DNA of 63,863 nucleotides, filler included, from Octopus bimaculoides (lineage: Eukaryota): NCBI RefSeq assembly GCF_001194135.2. It is 6 parts of 6 records of this genome, joined end to end, with 100 filler letters (N's around TTAATTAATTAA, not from the genome) between each part and the next. Parts side by side here need not be neighbours in the genome. Positions count along the whole stretch, not along the records: positions 14,334 to 42,477 come from NC_068999.1; positions 42,578 to 53,884 come from NC_068985.1; 4 more parts are not named here. The stretch is one strand, 5' to 3'. The translations under genes and the position numbers were made by a program. The notes beneath the pieces are model-generated. The model had not been told where the DNA came from. It was given only the letters and a program-made list of their open reading frames with translations, and did no database searches. This document shows positions 38,271-50,514 of this stretch, in pieces; position 1 is the first letter of the stretch, and every line of letters begins with the position of its first letter.

Positions 38271-38984
38271 ATGATGGTTTTCTTACATGTTCCATCTACA
38301 AATCTACTTGCAAACCTTTGGTTGGCTCAGGGCTACAATAGAAAATAGCTGCCAAAAGTGCCATGTAATGGGACTGAAACTGAAATGATGTTGGTGGAAA
38401 TTGAACTTCTCAACCACACAACCATGCTTGCACCTTTATACATATGTACAAATCCAAGCATTACACACACACACACACACAAATGCACACATATGCACAT
38501 GCATATGTATGTGTATATCATGTTTAGCAGAACACAATGGGTTTTGTTTAGGATCTCACTAGTAGAGGGAAACTGAAGTGACAACTGGAAAGGAGTGAGT
38601 GAGAAATCAAACTTAGGTGAGGGGAAAGTGAAAGAAATGAACTTAGTGAAAGGCTTTGCAATGGCTGGAGTAGCAGGCATTTTTACCAATGCAAATTTTT
38701 GTTTCAAATTTGTGAGAAATATAATTTCTCTTAATTTCATAGTTATATTAAAAATGAAACAAAGAAAAAAATTGAAAACAAAACACTACAAGTTGATTTT
38801 AATTGATGGAAGTTCACATACACATTCACCCAACACTCCAAGTGACAGCTGTTTCCTTGATGGAATGCTTTTCTTTGACAATTCCAATTAACAAAGCACA
38901 GTGCTGGTTGTTTTAGAAAAGACATATAAACAAAAGAATGAAAATAGGTTAATGTTTGATATCAGACACCCCACCACCATTCAT

Positions 38985-39300
38985 GCACCACATAAAAAGC
39001 ACCCATACTGGCACCTGCACTGGTGCCATGTATGAACACCTGTGCAGGTGCCACATATAAAGCATCTGTTCTGGTGTTATGCAAAAAGCATTCATGCTGG
39101 TGCCACATGAAAAGCATCCAGTGCACTCTGAAAAAGGATTGGCATTAGGAAAGGCATCCAACCACAGAAAACATGTCAAAACAGGCAACTGGAGCCTGGT
39201 TTAGCTCTCTGTCTTGCCAGCTCCTGTCAAATCATCCAACCCATGCTAGCATGGAAAATAGATGTTAAATGTTGATGATGATGATGATGACGATGATGAT
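38985..39300 (+). mobile_element. RTE-type 3' tail with an expanded short hairpin array
   Basis: About five ggtgccacat.aaaagca.c-like units, then ggcattaggaaaggcatccaacc..gatgatgatg. Confidence 0.7.
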
Positions 39301-40463
39301 CCCCACCCCCACAAAACATACTGTTTATTTGTTCTATGAGTTTAGTGCTTCCTCCCTAATTTTATTTCCTCATAACTTTATGAAAAATGCATTATTTTTT
39401 AAATAAAACTTGTTTTTGAGGACGTAGATTATGATTATGTTGACAAAATTAATGATTTTTTTTTTAGTAGTTTCTGATCCTCCTCCCTATTTACAGCCTT
39501 GTTTCTTCATATCTCTCTTTGAAATGTATGTCTTTAAGTGAAATTTTGCTGAAAAATGTCTTTGTAGATGTACATTATGATAATGTTGATAAAATTTAGA
39601 AAATATGTATATTTAAAAGAAAAAAATTGGATCATTGTTTCTAACTCGAATTTACTACTGTTATATTCTGTAACTTCAGCATTTTTTGTTTTCTAAATTT
39701 TATCAACTTAATCATCATCTTCACTCATAAAATGTATTTCTGCAAAATTTCATAACATATGCATTTTAAAGAGAGTTGTCTTTGGAGGAAACGAAGTTGG
39801 GAGTAGAGGCACACACATACACATATGCACACATATATATGTATGTGTCTGTGTGTTTATGTATACATGCACTGGCATAACTACTCACTTCACATGTATA
39901 CATGCATTGAGACATACTACACTCACCATCTCATCTGACACCAACAAACACACCTTCAACTTATTACTGCTTTACACATTTCTTTATACCACATTTACAC
40001 ACTAAATACACCCTATTCAACATACTAATTGTATACATACATGTCATCGCATAACATATGATATAGCATATATGTACAAGCCTAACTACTAGGGTGTATG
40101 AGTGTGTGTGTATGTGTATTGTTTGTGCATTGTGAGTGAATGAATGAATACATACATATTGCTATATATAGGTGCAAACACATATATATACATTTACACT
40201 CTTAGCAGCATGTAATATATTGCAAGAATGACTGTTGAACACTGAGATACATGAACTTTATGTTCTTTGAAACACAATAGATGCTATTTAACCTTTATAC
40301 AAATGAAAACATTGCACATTTAACTACACTTCACTACGAACACACACATTCTCAAACATTGGTACCATGACCTCTGCTATTTTCCCTGACTTACTAGTTC
40401 TCTTCTCTTTTTTTTCACTCCTCTTTCATTCTTCTCTGCTTTCTGTTGCTTTCTTATTTTCTC

Positions 40464-40519
<56 letters not shown>

Positions 40520-40899
40520 TACTTATTCTCCTTTGCCCTTTGTCATTCTATCTCTTCATCCCTTTCTCTATTGGCAAGAAATCTTGAAATAAAACCGAAC
40601 AATTACATGCATACTACATTCACCACTTTACAGACATGGCTGTGTGGTAAGAAGCTTGCTTCTCAACCACATGGTTCTGGGATCAGTTCCACTGCATGGC
40701 ACTTTGGGCAAGTGTCTTCTATTATAGTCTTGGACCATCCAAAGCCTTGTGAGTGGATTTGGTAGAAGGAAAGGGAAAGAAGCCCATCATACATACATAC
40801 ATACATACGCACACACATACATATATATATTTATGTGTGTGTCTTTGTGTCTGCATTTGCCCCAACCTACTCAGACATTTCTTCACTTTCTGACAGGTA

Positions 40900-41345
40900 T
40901 TGACTGGATTTTCTGAATGTGTTAATGTGGATGTGAACAAACTGCATTGGGTCATCCAGATAATAACTGCAGGTTAATAGATAGAGATAGCATAGGTTGT
41001 CCACCAGTTTAAAATCAAGAACTATACAGACCACAAATTTGTAATCTGTACAGTTGAACTAAACAGGCATCATAAGTAGGGGCCTCATTATTGGAAGCTG
41101 AATGCATCACCGCTTAGTAAAGCAGGCATTGATGGACAGGAGGGGGTAATTGTCAACAACAGATGATGGTTCACCCTGAAAAGCATGACTGAAGTAGAAT
41201 TGATAAGGTTTAGTGAGGAAGTAGTGACGAGAACCCAGGTTCAAAAATTCCTCAAGACACCTGATGAAGGCTGGAGGGTATATCAGCTGAAACGTTGTGT
41301 TAACAACAAACAAGATGAGGACAAATATCTGTCAATAGTAAATAA
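40900..41345 (+). mobile_element. Penelope-like element 3' remnant (decayed GIY-YIG C-terminus plus pLTR)
   Basis: Frameshifted reading approximately CGCEQ-CIGSSR..IEIA.VVHQF..LLEAECI..GIDGQEGVIVNNR.WF resembles the end of a GIY-YIG domain; followed by a hammerhead motif. Confidence 0.5.
41257..41300 (+). ncRNA. Minimal hammerhead with a palindromic stem III (ACGT)
   Basis: ACAC-CTGATGA-A-GGCTGG agggtata TCAGCT-GAA-ACGT-T-GTGT; predicted GUU cleavage after 41296. Confidence 0.7.
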
Positions 41346-41379
41346 TGTAAATAATATATTAGTTATATGTAGTAGATAT

Positions 41380-41536
41380 TAGAATCCCTTACAGGGGCCT
41401 TATTATGTCACTAGTTTTCCAGACATGAGTTTTACTCACGTGTCAAGTTTCATCAAAATCAATAAAGTGATGTAGGAGGAGTTAAATAACAATGCCACAG
41501 ACAAACACACCCACAGATTTCCACATATGTAGTAGA
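41380..41536 (-). mobile_element. Non-autonomous Helitron 5' end
   Basis: A^TCTACTACATATGTGG start. Shares ccagacatgagt..tactcacgtgtcaagtttcatcaaa with 18251-18360, which flanks the coding Helitron. Confidence 0.65.
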
Positions 41537-41552
41537 TACACATACATGCATT

Positions 41553-41656
41553 GTCAGTGTGTCACACTTTGACCCCACCCTCTCTCACTATTCAATGACA
41601 CTTTCTTCTGCTGGGGTGAAAGTAGGCATACAGACGATGTGGGCAGTGGTGAAGAC

Positions 41657-41732
<76 letters not shown>

Positions 41733-42410
41733 GGAGAAAAAGAGAGACAAAGAAATTTAGGGAGAGTTCAAGATGTTTTATTAAAAGTAGTAGTGTTCAT
41801 GAGAGAAAGGAGTGAGTATGTGAGAGATAGAGGGAGGTGATGTATAACTTTCTTGGACAGAAACTCCTGTGGTCAGCATACTGAAACCACTACCGGACAC
41901 TGTCATTTTTGTTTTATCCTTTGCTTTCTTTAATATATACATATATAAATATATGCGTACACAAACACACACACACACATATAAAATACACTTTACTTGA
42001 AATACAGTTTCCTCAAAATTAAACGCCTTCTAACATTATCAATGCAAAAACTGATTTCTGTGTGTCAGTATGTCACACTTTGAACCCCTCTCCCACTATT
42101 CAATGACACTTCTGCATGCTCAGGTGAGAGTAATAGTAGGCAGAGAGATGGTGAGAACAGTGACAAAAAGAGAGAGAGAGAGGGGGAAGGGGGAGGGAGA
42201 AAAAGAGAGACAAAGAAATTTAGGGAGAGTTCATGATGGTGGCAATGGGGGTAGTAATAAAAGAGAGAAAGGAGTGGGTATGTGAGAGATAGAAGGGGAT
42301 GATGTACAACTTTCTTGGTCAGAAATTCCAGTGGTGAGCACACTGAAACAACTACTGGACACTATTATTTTTGTTTTATTTTTTACTTTCTTTAATACAC
42401 ACACACACAT
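41553..42410. repeat. Tandem duplication with a ~510-bp offset
   Basis: Units start gtcagtgtgtcacactttga (41553) and gtcagtatgtcacactttga (42064) and stay collinear through gagaaaggagtg.gtatgtgagagatag and tttctttaata. Confidence 0.85.
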
Positions 42411-42611
42411 ATATATATATGCATACATACATATACATATATACATGTTTATATATATATATATATATATAAACATGNNNNNNNNNNNNNNNNNNNNNNN
42501 NNNNNNNNNNNNNNNNNNNNNTTAATTAATTAANNNNNNNNNNNNNNNNNNNNNNNNNNNNNNNNNNNNNNNNNNNNATATATATATGGAGACAGACAGA
42601 CAGAGACAGAG

Positions 42612-42651
<40 letters not shown>

Positions 42652-42875
42652 TTGTGTCTGTCTCCCCCACCATCGCTTGACAACCAATGCTGGTGTATTT
42701 ACGTCCCTGTAACTTAGCGTTTCAGCAAAAGAATAAGTACTGGGCTTACAAAGAATAAGTTCTGAGGCCGATTTGTCCGACTAACGAACCCCATAAGGTG
42801 GTGCTCCAGCATGGCTGCATTCAAATGACTGAAACAATTAAAAGAATAAAAGAATATGTATTTATACACACACGC

Positions 42876-42954
<79 letters not shown>

Positions 42955-44650
42955 TACACACTGATATATATATATATANNNNNNNNNNNNNNNNNNNNNN
43001 NNNNNNNNNNNNNNNNNNNNNNNNNNNNNNNNNNNNNNNNNNNNNNNNNNNNNNNNNNNNNNNNNNNNNNNNNNNNNNNNNNNNNNNNNNNNNNNNNNNN
43101 NNNNNNNNNNNNNNNNNNNNNNNNNNNNNNNNNNNNNNNNNNNNNNNNNNNNNNNNNNNNNNNNNNNNNNNNNNNNNNNNNNNNNNNNNNNNNNNNNNNN
43201 NNNNNNNNNNNNNNNNNNNNNNNNNNNNNNNNNNNNNNNNNNNNNNNNNNNNNNNNNNNNNNNNNNNNNNNNNNNNNNNNNNNNNNNNNNNNNNNNNNNN
43301 NNNNNNNNNNNNNNNNNNNNNNNNNNNNNNNNNNNNNNNNNNNNNNNNNNNNNNNNNNNNNNNNNNNNNNNNNNNNNNNNNNNNNNNNNNNNNNNNNNNN
43401 NNNNNNNNNNNNNNNNNNNNNNNNNNNNNNNNNNNNNNNNNNATATATATATATATATAAATATATATGCATATGCATGTTATAGCAGAAACAGCTGTAA
43501 ATGAAGCCCATTACATAATTTCTTATTCCCTTGTTTATATAATCTCTTATGTATATATGTATATGCGTACGTGTGTGTGCGCGCGCGCTGAATTATTCAC
43601 TGAATTGCATGCATTAAATAGTTAATATCGATAGTTTAATCTAGGTAAACACTTCCTACCAAAACATATCCGACGGATTGGGCTTCTACACAGTTTTCAT
43701 TTCTTATATTTCACCCGGAAGGCTTTGGTCGACTCTAAATTATTGTAGTATTTCCTTAAAATACCTTGCAATGAGATTGAACTGGAAAAACCAGTGTTAT
43801 CTGTTTGAACTTCTAAACCACACTTACTGGCCAAGGTGTTAAATAAAGAGATATTAACACGTAAGTTATATTAGCAAAAAAGTTTTTTAAAAAGAGATGT
43901 TACGGAAGATAGCATAGAAGTTAAAAAGAGAGAAATTCAGCAAGATATTAACACATAAGTTAAGAACGATATTAACACGAGAGTTAAGAAGAGAGAAATT
44001 TAATGGGTTTTTATTTGGGATATTTTCTTTCTAAAATTCTCAGTTAAATCCCAACAGATTTTTTTATCACGTGAATAGAAAAAGAAATATGTTATGATCG
44101 AAGCTGTTATTGTTATAGTCCCTGGGAATTATGTTTCCTTTTATTAACCTTATCACCATTGTAAAATAGTATTTAATTATTTTTTTTTTACGTGAATGTA
44201 GTTTCTTCGTTATTTTTTTAAATTTATTTTTTAAAAATGCATTTCTTGTTTGTTATTGAGGACAAGGAGTCCTTACTTGAAAAATCGACTGATTAGAATG
44301 AGAGAAGGAGAAAAAGCAAGAGAATGAGTGAAAGGAGAGACGGAGAGAGGGGTAGACATTATATAGTAGATGTGTGACTGGAGAATATGATTGAAGGTAT
44401 GATGTGAGAGGAAAGATGAGCATTGTTTGGTAGGGGAGAGATAATAAAGGATGTGATATGATTGAAAAGAGAAGAGGAGAGACAGGCAGAGAGAACCAGA
44501 GGTGGAGAGAGAGAGAAAAAGAAAGAATGAGAGTGAGAGTTGACTGAGAAGACGCGATGGGAGGTGAGAGATAAATTTAGAATGTGAGAGAATGAAGAGA
44601 TGCACAGCTTGAAAAATAAAGAAGGAATCAGAATGTGAAAAAAGTGAGTA

Positions 44651-44708
<58 letters not shown>

Positions 44709-44798
44709 AGGAATGATTGAAGAAGAAAGTGATGAAGAGCATTTAATGCATTTCTCTTTTTCTAGAAGAAGAAGAAGAAGAAGAAGAAGAAGAAGAAG

Positions 44799-44844
<46 letters not shown>

Positions 44845-45211
44845 CAATTACAAGAAAAGCTTTTTGTTTTTTTCATATTAGATCCAAACATTGTTAATCC
44901 GTTCCGTTTTTGTTGTGATCTTTCAATGTATTTTGATCTGCCAGCTGTTACCTTGTATTTTAATTTATTTTCAATCATTATGGTTCTTCTAACATTTATA
45001 AAATACCAGTTCGTTTTTTGAAATCTTCACCACATAACAACATACATCTATTGTCAGCTGATTGTGATTGAATAGAAGGATAGAAACAAACAAACAAGCA
45101 AACAAAAGGAAGCTCGATGAAAGCAGAGCAGTAAAACTAGGGAAACAATAAAATACGATGTAGGAAGCAATGGCGGTAGTGGATTGGTAGACAGTGGTAT
45201 TTATTTATCAT

Positions 45212-45583
45212 GTGGAGGCGCAATGGCCCAGTGGTTAGGGCAGCGGACTCGCGGTCATAGGAGCGCGGTTTCGATTCCCAGACCGGGCGTTGTGAGTGTT
45301 TATTGAGCGAAAACACCTAAAGCTCCACGAGGCTCCGGCAGGGGATGGTGGCGAACCCTGCTGTACTCTTTCACCACAACTTTCTCTCACTGTTTCTGTT
45401 GTGCCTGTAATTCAAAGGGTCAGCCTTGTCACACTGTGTCACGCTGAATATCTCCGAGAACTACATTAAGGGTACACGTGTCTGTGGAGTGCTCAGCCAC
45501 TTGCGCGTTAATTTCACGAGCAGGCTGTTCCGTTGATCGGATCAACTGGAACCCGCCATGTCGTAAGCGACGGAGTGCCAACA
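45212..45583 (+). mobile_element. Full-length SINE family C (~370 bp, tRNA-derived head)
   Basis: A-box-like tggcccagtggttagg and B-box-like ggtttcgattccc; ends cgacggagtgccaaca. Inverted copy at 48901-49272; fragment at ~1075-1155. Confidence 0.85.
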
Positions 45584-45954
45584 ATTAATTATCATATATT
45601 TTTACCTGTCTCAGCCATTCGATTGCGGCCTTGCTGGGCCACCGCCTTCATGGTTTCTGTCGAACAAATCGGCCCCAGTGCTTAGCAAACCGCTAAGTTA
45701 CGGGCGCGTGTACAAACTAGCACCAGGCCCAAAATATGCATTCCATACCAATGCGCAATACACGAAAAAATCTGTGGAGAGAATTGATGGAATCGTTTTA
45801 CAGCCATTCTTTGCTTCTTTTCTTTTTCAATTGTATTACCTACATAGAACTGTGAGAATTAGAATTGTATTACTATCAAAGACTCACTTTTATTATGTAG
45901 CCCAAAAGAATATTGCTCTTGCTTTATACTCTAAACTAAACATTATTTATATAT

Positions 45955-46500
45955 ATGAACTGGCAGAATCGTTAACATGCCGGGCGAAATGCTTAGCGGT
46001 ATTTCATCTGCCGCAACGTTCTAAGGTCAAATTCCGCCGAGGTCGACTTTGCCTTTCATCCTTTCGGGGTCGATAAATTAAGTACCAGTGAAACGCCGGG
46101 GTCGATGTAATCGACTAGGTCTCCTCCCCGAAAATTTTAGACCTTGTGTCTGTAGTAGAAAGAATTATTTAAATAAGGTGGCGAGCTGGCAGAAACGTTA
46201 GCACACCGGGTGAAATGCTTAGCAGTATTTCGTCTGTCTTTATGTTCTGAGTTCAAATTCCGCCAAGGCCGATTTTGACTTTCACCGTTCCGGGGTCGAT
46301 AAACTAAGTACCAGTTGCGTACTGGGTCGATCTAACAGACTGGTCCCCTCCCCAAAAATTTCGGGCTTCGTACCTAGAGTAGAAAAGGTTATTTATATGT
46401 ATGAACTGGTAGAAACGTTAGCACGCAATGGCGTCGATATAATCAACTGGCCACCTCCCCAAAATTTTCAAGGCCTTGTGCCTAGGGTAGAAATAATTAT
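45955..46500 (+). repeat. Head-to-tail array of three SINE-B monomers
   Basis: Monomers at about 45955, 46175 and 46400 (the last internally deleted). Confidence 0.85.
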
Positions 46501-47341
46501 TTATATGTATAGGCGCAGGAGTGGCTGTGTGATAAGTAGCTTACTTACCAACCACATGGTTCCGGGTTCATTCCTACTGCGTGGCACCTTGGGCAAGTGT
46601 TTTCTACTATAGCCTCGGGCCGACCAAAGCCTTGTGAGTAGATTTGGTAGACGGAAACTGAAGGAAGCCTTTGCGATCGTGAGCCGATTACCCTAACCAC
46701 TAAGCTACGCGACTTCACTGGATCCTGTATCAATTGAATAACAAATTATATACGACAATTTATCATCCACAAACGTAATGATTAGACGCAGTGTCCAATA
46801 AGTGTTCTGAATAAGGATATCCATTGCTATATAGTTCACGCTATTGAACTCCGGGGCGATTAAAAACTTTACAAATAACTTTACAGCTAGAAACACTGCT
46901 TGAGAGTTAAGATTCTATATACAAGAAGAAACACTGTTAATAGGATTCGAACCGCCGTTCAATTTATTAGTGACCGGGTATTCAATAGACAGAAGCCATT
47001 TCTAACTTTCCTTCTAAAACATATATATTGTAAAATATAGGCTACAGTTAGGCTATCAAACAACTAATATACGTTGTCTAAAATCATAAACTTTTTATTT
47101 ATTCTTCATTAATAACATCAAGTGTAGATTGATTAAAAACGAGATGTTTAACATAGAAACACATTTTTGATTCCTCCATTCAAAAACGAATTTGTCTTTG
47201 AAGTCATCCACTCATTAGTTATACAACTACACAAGTTATGTACGACACTAAGATACTAAATACGTAATATTAACGATATCGTAGATCTAAGTCATCGAAT
47301 ATCTCTTTATACAATTATACAAACAACTTATTTGTCAGTAG

Positions 47342-47379
<38 letters not shown>

Positions 47380-47847
47380 TGCATGTGTGTTTATTTATTC
47401 ATCTCTCACTCTCTCTCTCTATAGAGAGAGAAAGATGAATATATATAATCATATATATATATATATATATACGTGTGTGTGTCGTTTATTCTGCATAGAT
47501 TACTACAAGGCCAGAAATTTCGGGGGAGGGGTTAAAATCGATTATATCGACTCCAAAGATGAAAGGTGGAATTTGATCTCAGAACGTAAAGACGGACGAA
47601 CTAACGTCAAGCATTTTGCCTGGTGCGGTAACGATTCTGCCAGCACGCTGCCTTGACGCATATACTAAAATATAAGTGTATAGGAACAAACAAAATTATA
47701 AAATACAACAAAAAAGAAAAGAATAATAGACATCGTTTCCAAATTCTTCTTCCTCTTATGCAAGGTCTACTGAAAATTTACTCTCGGACGCTAAAATTCA
47801 GGTATACTTAAAATAAGGTGCTAATTCTGATAATTTTTTTAATAATA

Positions 47848-48217
47848 AGGCGCAGGGTGGCTGTGTCCTAAGTAGCGTGCTTACCAACCACATGGTTTCG
47901 GGTTCAGTCCCACTGCGTGGCACCTTGGACAAGTATCTTCTACTATAGCCTCGGACCGACCAAAGCTTGTGAGTGGAATTGGTAGACGGAAATTGAAGGA
48001 AGCCCGTCGTATATATATATATGTGTGTGTGTGTGTATGTTTGTGTGTCTGTGTTTGTCCCCCACCATCGCTTGACAACAGATGCTGATGAGTTTACGTC
48101 CCCGTAATCCAGCGGTTCGGCAAAAGAAACTGATGGAATAAATACTAGGCTTACAAAGGATGAGTCCTGGGGTCGATTTGCTCGACTAAAGGCGGTGCTC
48201 CAACATGGCCGCAGTCA
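47848..48217 (+). mobile_element. Near full-length SINE family A
   Basis: aggcgcagggtggctgtgt..ggtttcgggttcagtccc..ccttggacaag..ggtagacggaaattga, an internal (TA/TG)n, then gtttgtcccccaccatcgcttgacaac..ggcggtgctccaacatggccgcagtcaa. Confidence 0.85.
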
Positions 48218-48463
48218 ANNNNNNNNNNAGAGAGTAAAGGTCAATATAACATGATCATGCGTGAGCACGTGTATATATGTGCGTATGTGTGTAGTGTGTT
48301 TGCTTGTTTGTAAGAGCGCATAACTAATAACAAAGAACTCAATACCAGGTTACAACTGATGTATATATAGGCATATACAAACATACAGATATACATACAT
48401 ATTTCTAAAAGTAAATATCGCTGGCTTGCCAGCTACCTACCTAACTAGATAGATAGATAGATG

Positions 48464-48525
<62 letters not shown>

Positions 48526-48900
48526 CCATACATACATACGCGCGCGCGCACACATACAAGCACATGTTTTTTTATATGTATGTATGTATAAGATTTTGTC
48601 CCTTCTTCGGTTGCTAAATGTCCTTTTAAATTTGAAATTTGATATGACATAGTATGTCATAAGTGCCTGTATATTGTCTTTATTGGCCTTTTGGTGGTAA
48701 AATAAGCGGATTAATCAACAGACTACAGTGTCTGCAAGTTGATGAGCACCTCATATTCCCCTCCATTTTCTTATTGCTATATATATATATATATATATAT
48801 CCACACTTATGAATGTAGTCATACATTTACTCACACAAACACACACGCAAAAACACACAGACTTATACAGGCATACATACATACATACATACATCGTGTC

Positions 48901-49272
48901 GTCGTGGCACTCCGTCGGTTACGACGACGAGGGTTCCAGTTGATCCGCTCAGCGGAACAGCCTGCTCGTGAAATTAACGTGCAAGTGGCTGAGTACTCTA
49001 CAGATACGTGTACCCTTAACGTAGTTCTCGGGGAGATTCATCATGGCACAGAATGTGATAAGGCTGTTCCCTTGAAATACAAGTACAACAGAAACAGGAA
49101 GAAAGAGTGAGAGAAAGAGTACAGCAGGGTTCGCTACCACACCCTGTCGGAGCCTTGTGGAGCTTTTAGGTGTTTTCGCTCAATAAACACTCGCAACACC
49201 CGGTCTGGGAATTGAAACCGCGATCCTACGACCGCGAGTCCGCTGCCCTAACCACTGGGCCATTCCGTCCCC
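48901..49272 (-). mobile_element. Full-length SINE family C, inverted relative to 45212-45583
   Basis: Reverse complement is collinear with 45212-45583. Confidence 0.85.
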
Positions 49273-49283
49273 GCATACATACA

Positions 49284-49319
<36 letters not shown>

Positions 49320-49445
49320 TATACAAGCAGGCAGATAGACAGACAGGCAGATAGACAGACAGGCAGATAGACAGACAGGCAGATACACAGACAGGCAGAT
49401 AGACAGACAAGCAGATAGACAGACAGGCAGATAGACAGACAGGCT
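49320..49445. repeat. 16-bp minisatellite (AGACAGGCAGATAGAC)n
   Basis: Directly visible, about seven units. Confidence 0.9.
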
Positions 49446-49738
49446 GCGAGGCAGACATACGTACACACACAAACATCAAAAAAAAAAGAGGCGGGACAAA
49501 TATCCTGAACAGCCAGGTGCATGAATGTTTATATAAGCTTTCATTAAACATACCGAAACCCTTAATTCAATTATCTGGGGATGGAATAGGGGTGTCATCG
49601 TTCAGGCATGTATATGTAGGTAAGTACCCGAATACGCATATGCGCATGTGCGCATGTGCGTGTGTGTGTGTGTGTGTGCGTGAGTGTGTGTGGTTTATAA
49701 GACCGTGCAAATAATTGCGTGTAGGTAATTATAAACAC

Positions 49739-49809
<71 letters not shown>

Positions 49810-49824
49810 GACCGACAGAGAGAC

Positions 49825-49905
<81 letters not shown>

Positions 49906-50514
49906 CAAAGAGGAATAGAGATAACGCGATATATGTTTATAAATATTAATCAATAATAATATAAATTTAAAAAAAAGAAAGAAAACTGTTCGAAAAATAG
50001 CGTTCATATCTGGAACGAGCAGAAAGAAGAGACGGACGGTAGTTCAAGTCAAATATATCTAAGACATGAACATTCAAAGAAGCAAGAAGCTTATCTGATG
50101 TTGATATGTGTTGAAAGCCTTAAATGTACACAGCGCTAGCTTTAGCTTTTCAACTCATATCAACGCAAAGTGTTTGATATTCGTGTCGATCGGCTAATAT
50201 TAAAGGACAACTTTTTAACACCATCAAAAAGTAAGGCTTCTGACATCATTTATTTATCTATTTATTTATTTGTTTATTTATTTATTTATTTGTTTGTTTA
50301 TGCATTTATTTATTTATTTATTTATTTATCGGGGTGGATTAACAGAATCAGTTAAGTGTTGAGTAAATTTCCTTGCGATATTTAGTTACACTTTTCTTTT
50401 AGTTTTGTGTTCAATTTCCACTCACACCTCCGGTTGTCAATTTTGACCGTCATTTCTTCTGCCCCAAATCTATGGTTTGGTGTCTATGATACATATTAAT
50501 ATTTCTACAAGCAG

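Noticed and set aside
46670-46990. tRNA-like A box (46670-46718) and B box (GGATTCGAACC, ~46943) on the minus strand
   Set aside because: The boxes are far apart, in the wrong order, and form no cloverleaf; they look like SINE head fragments.
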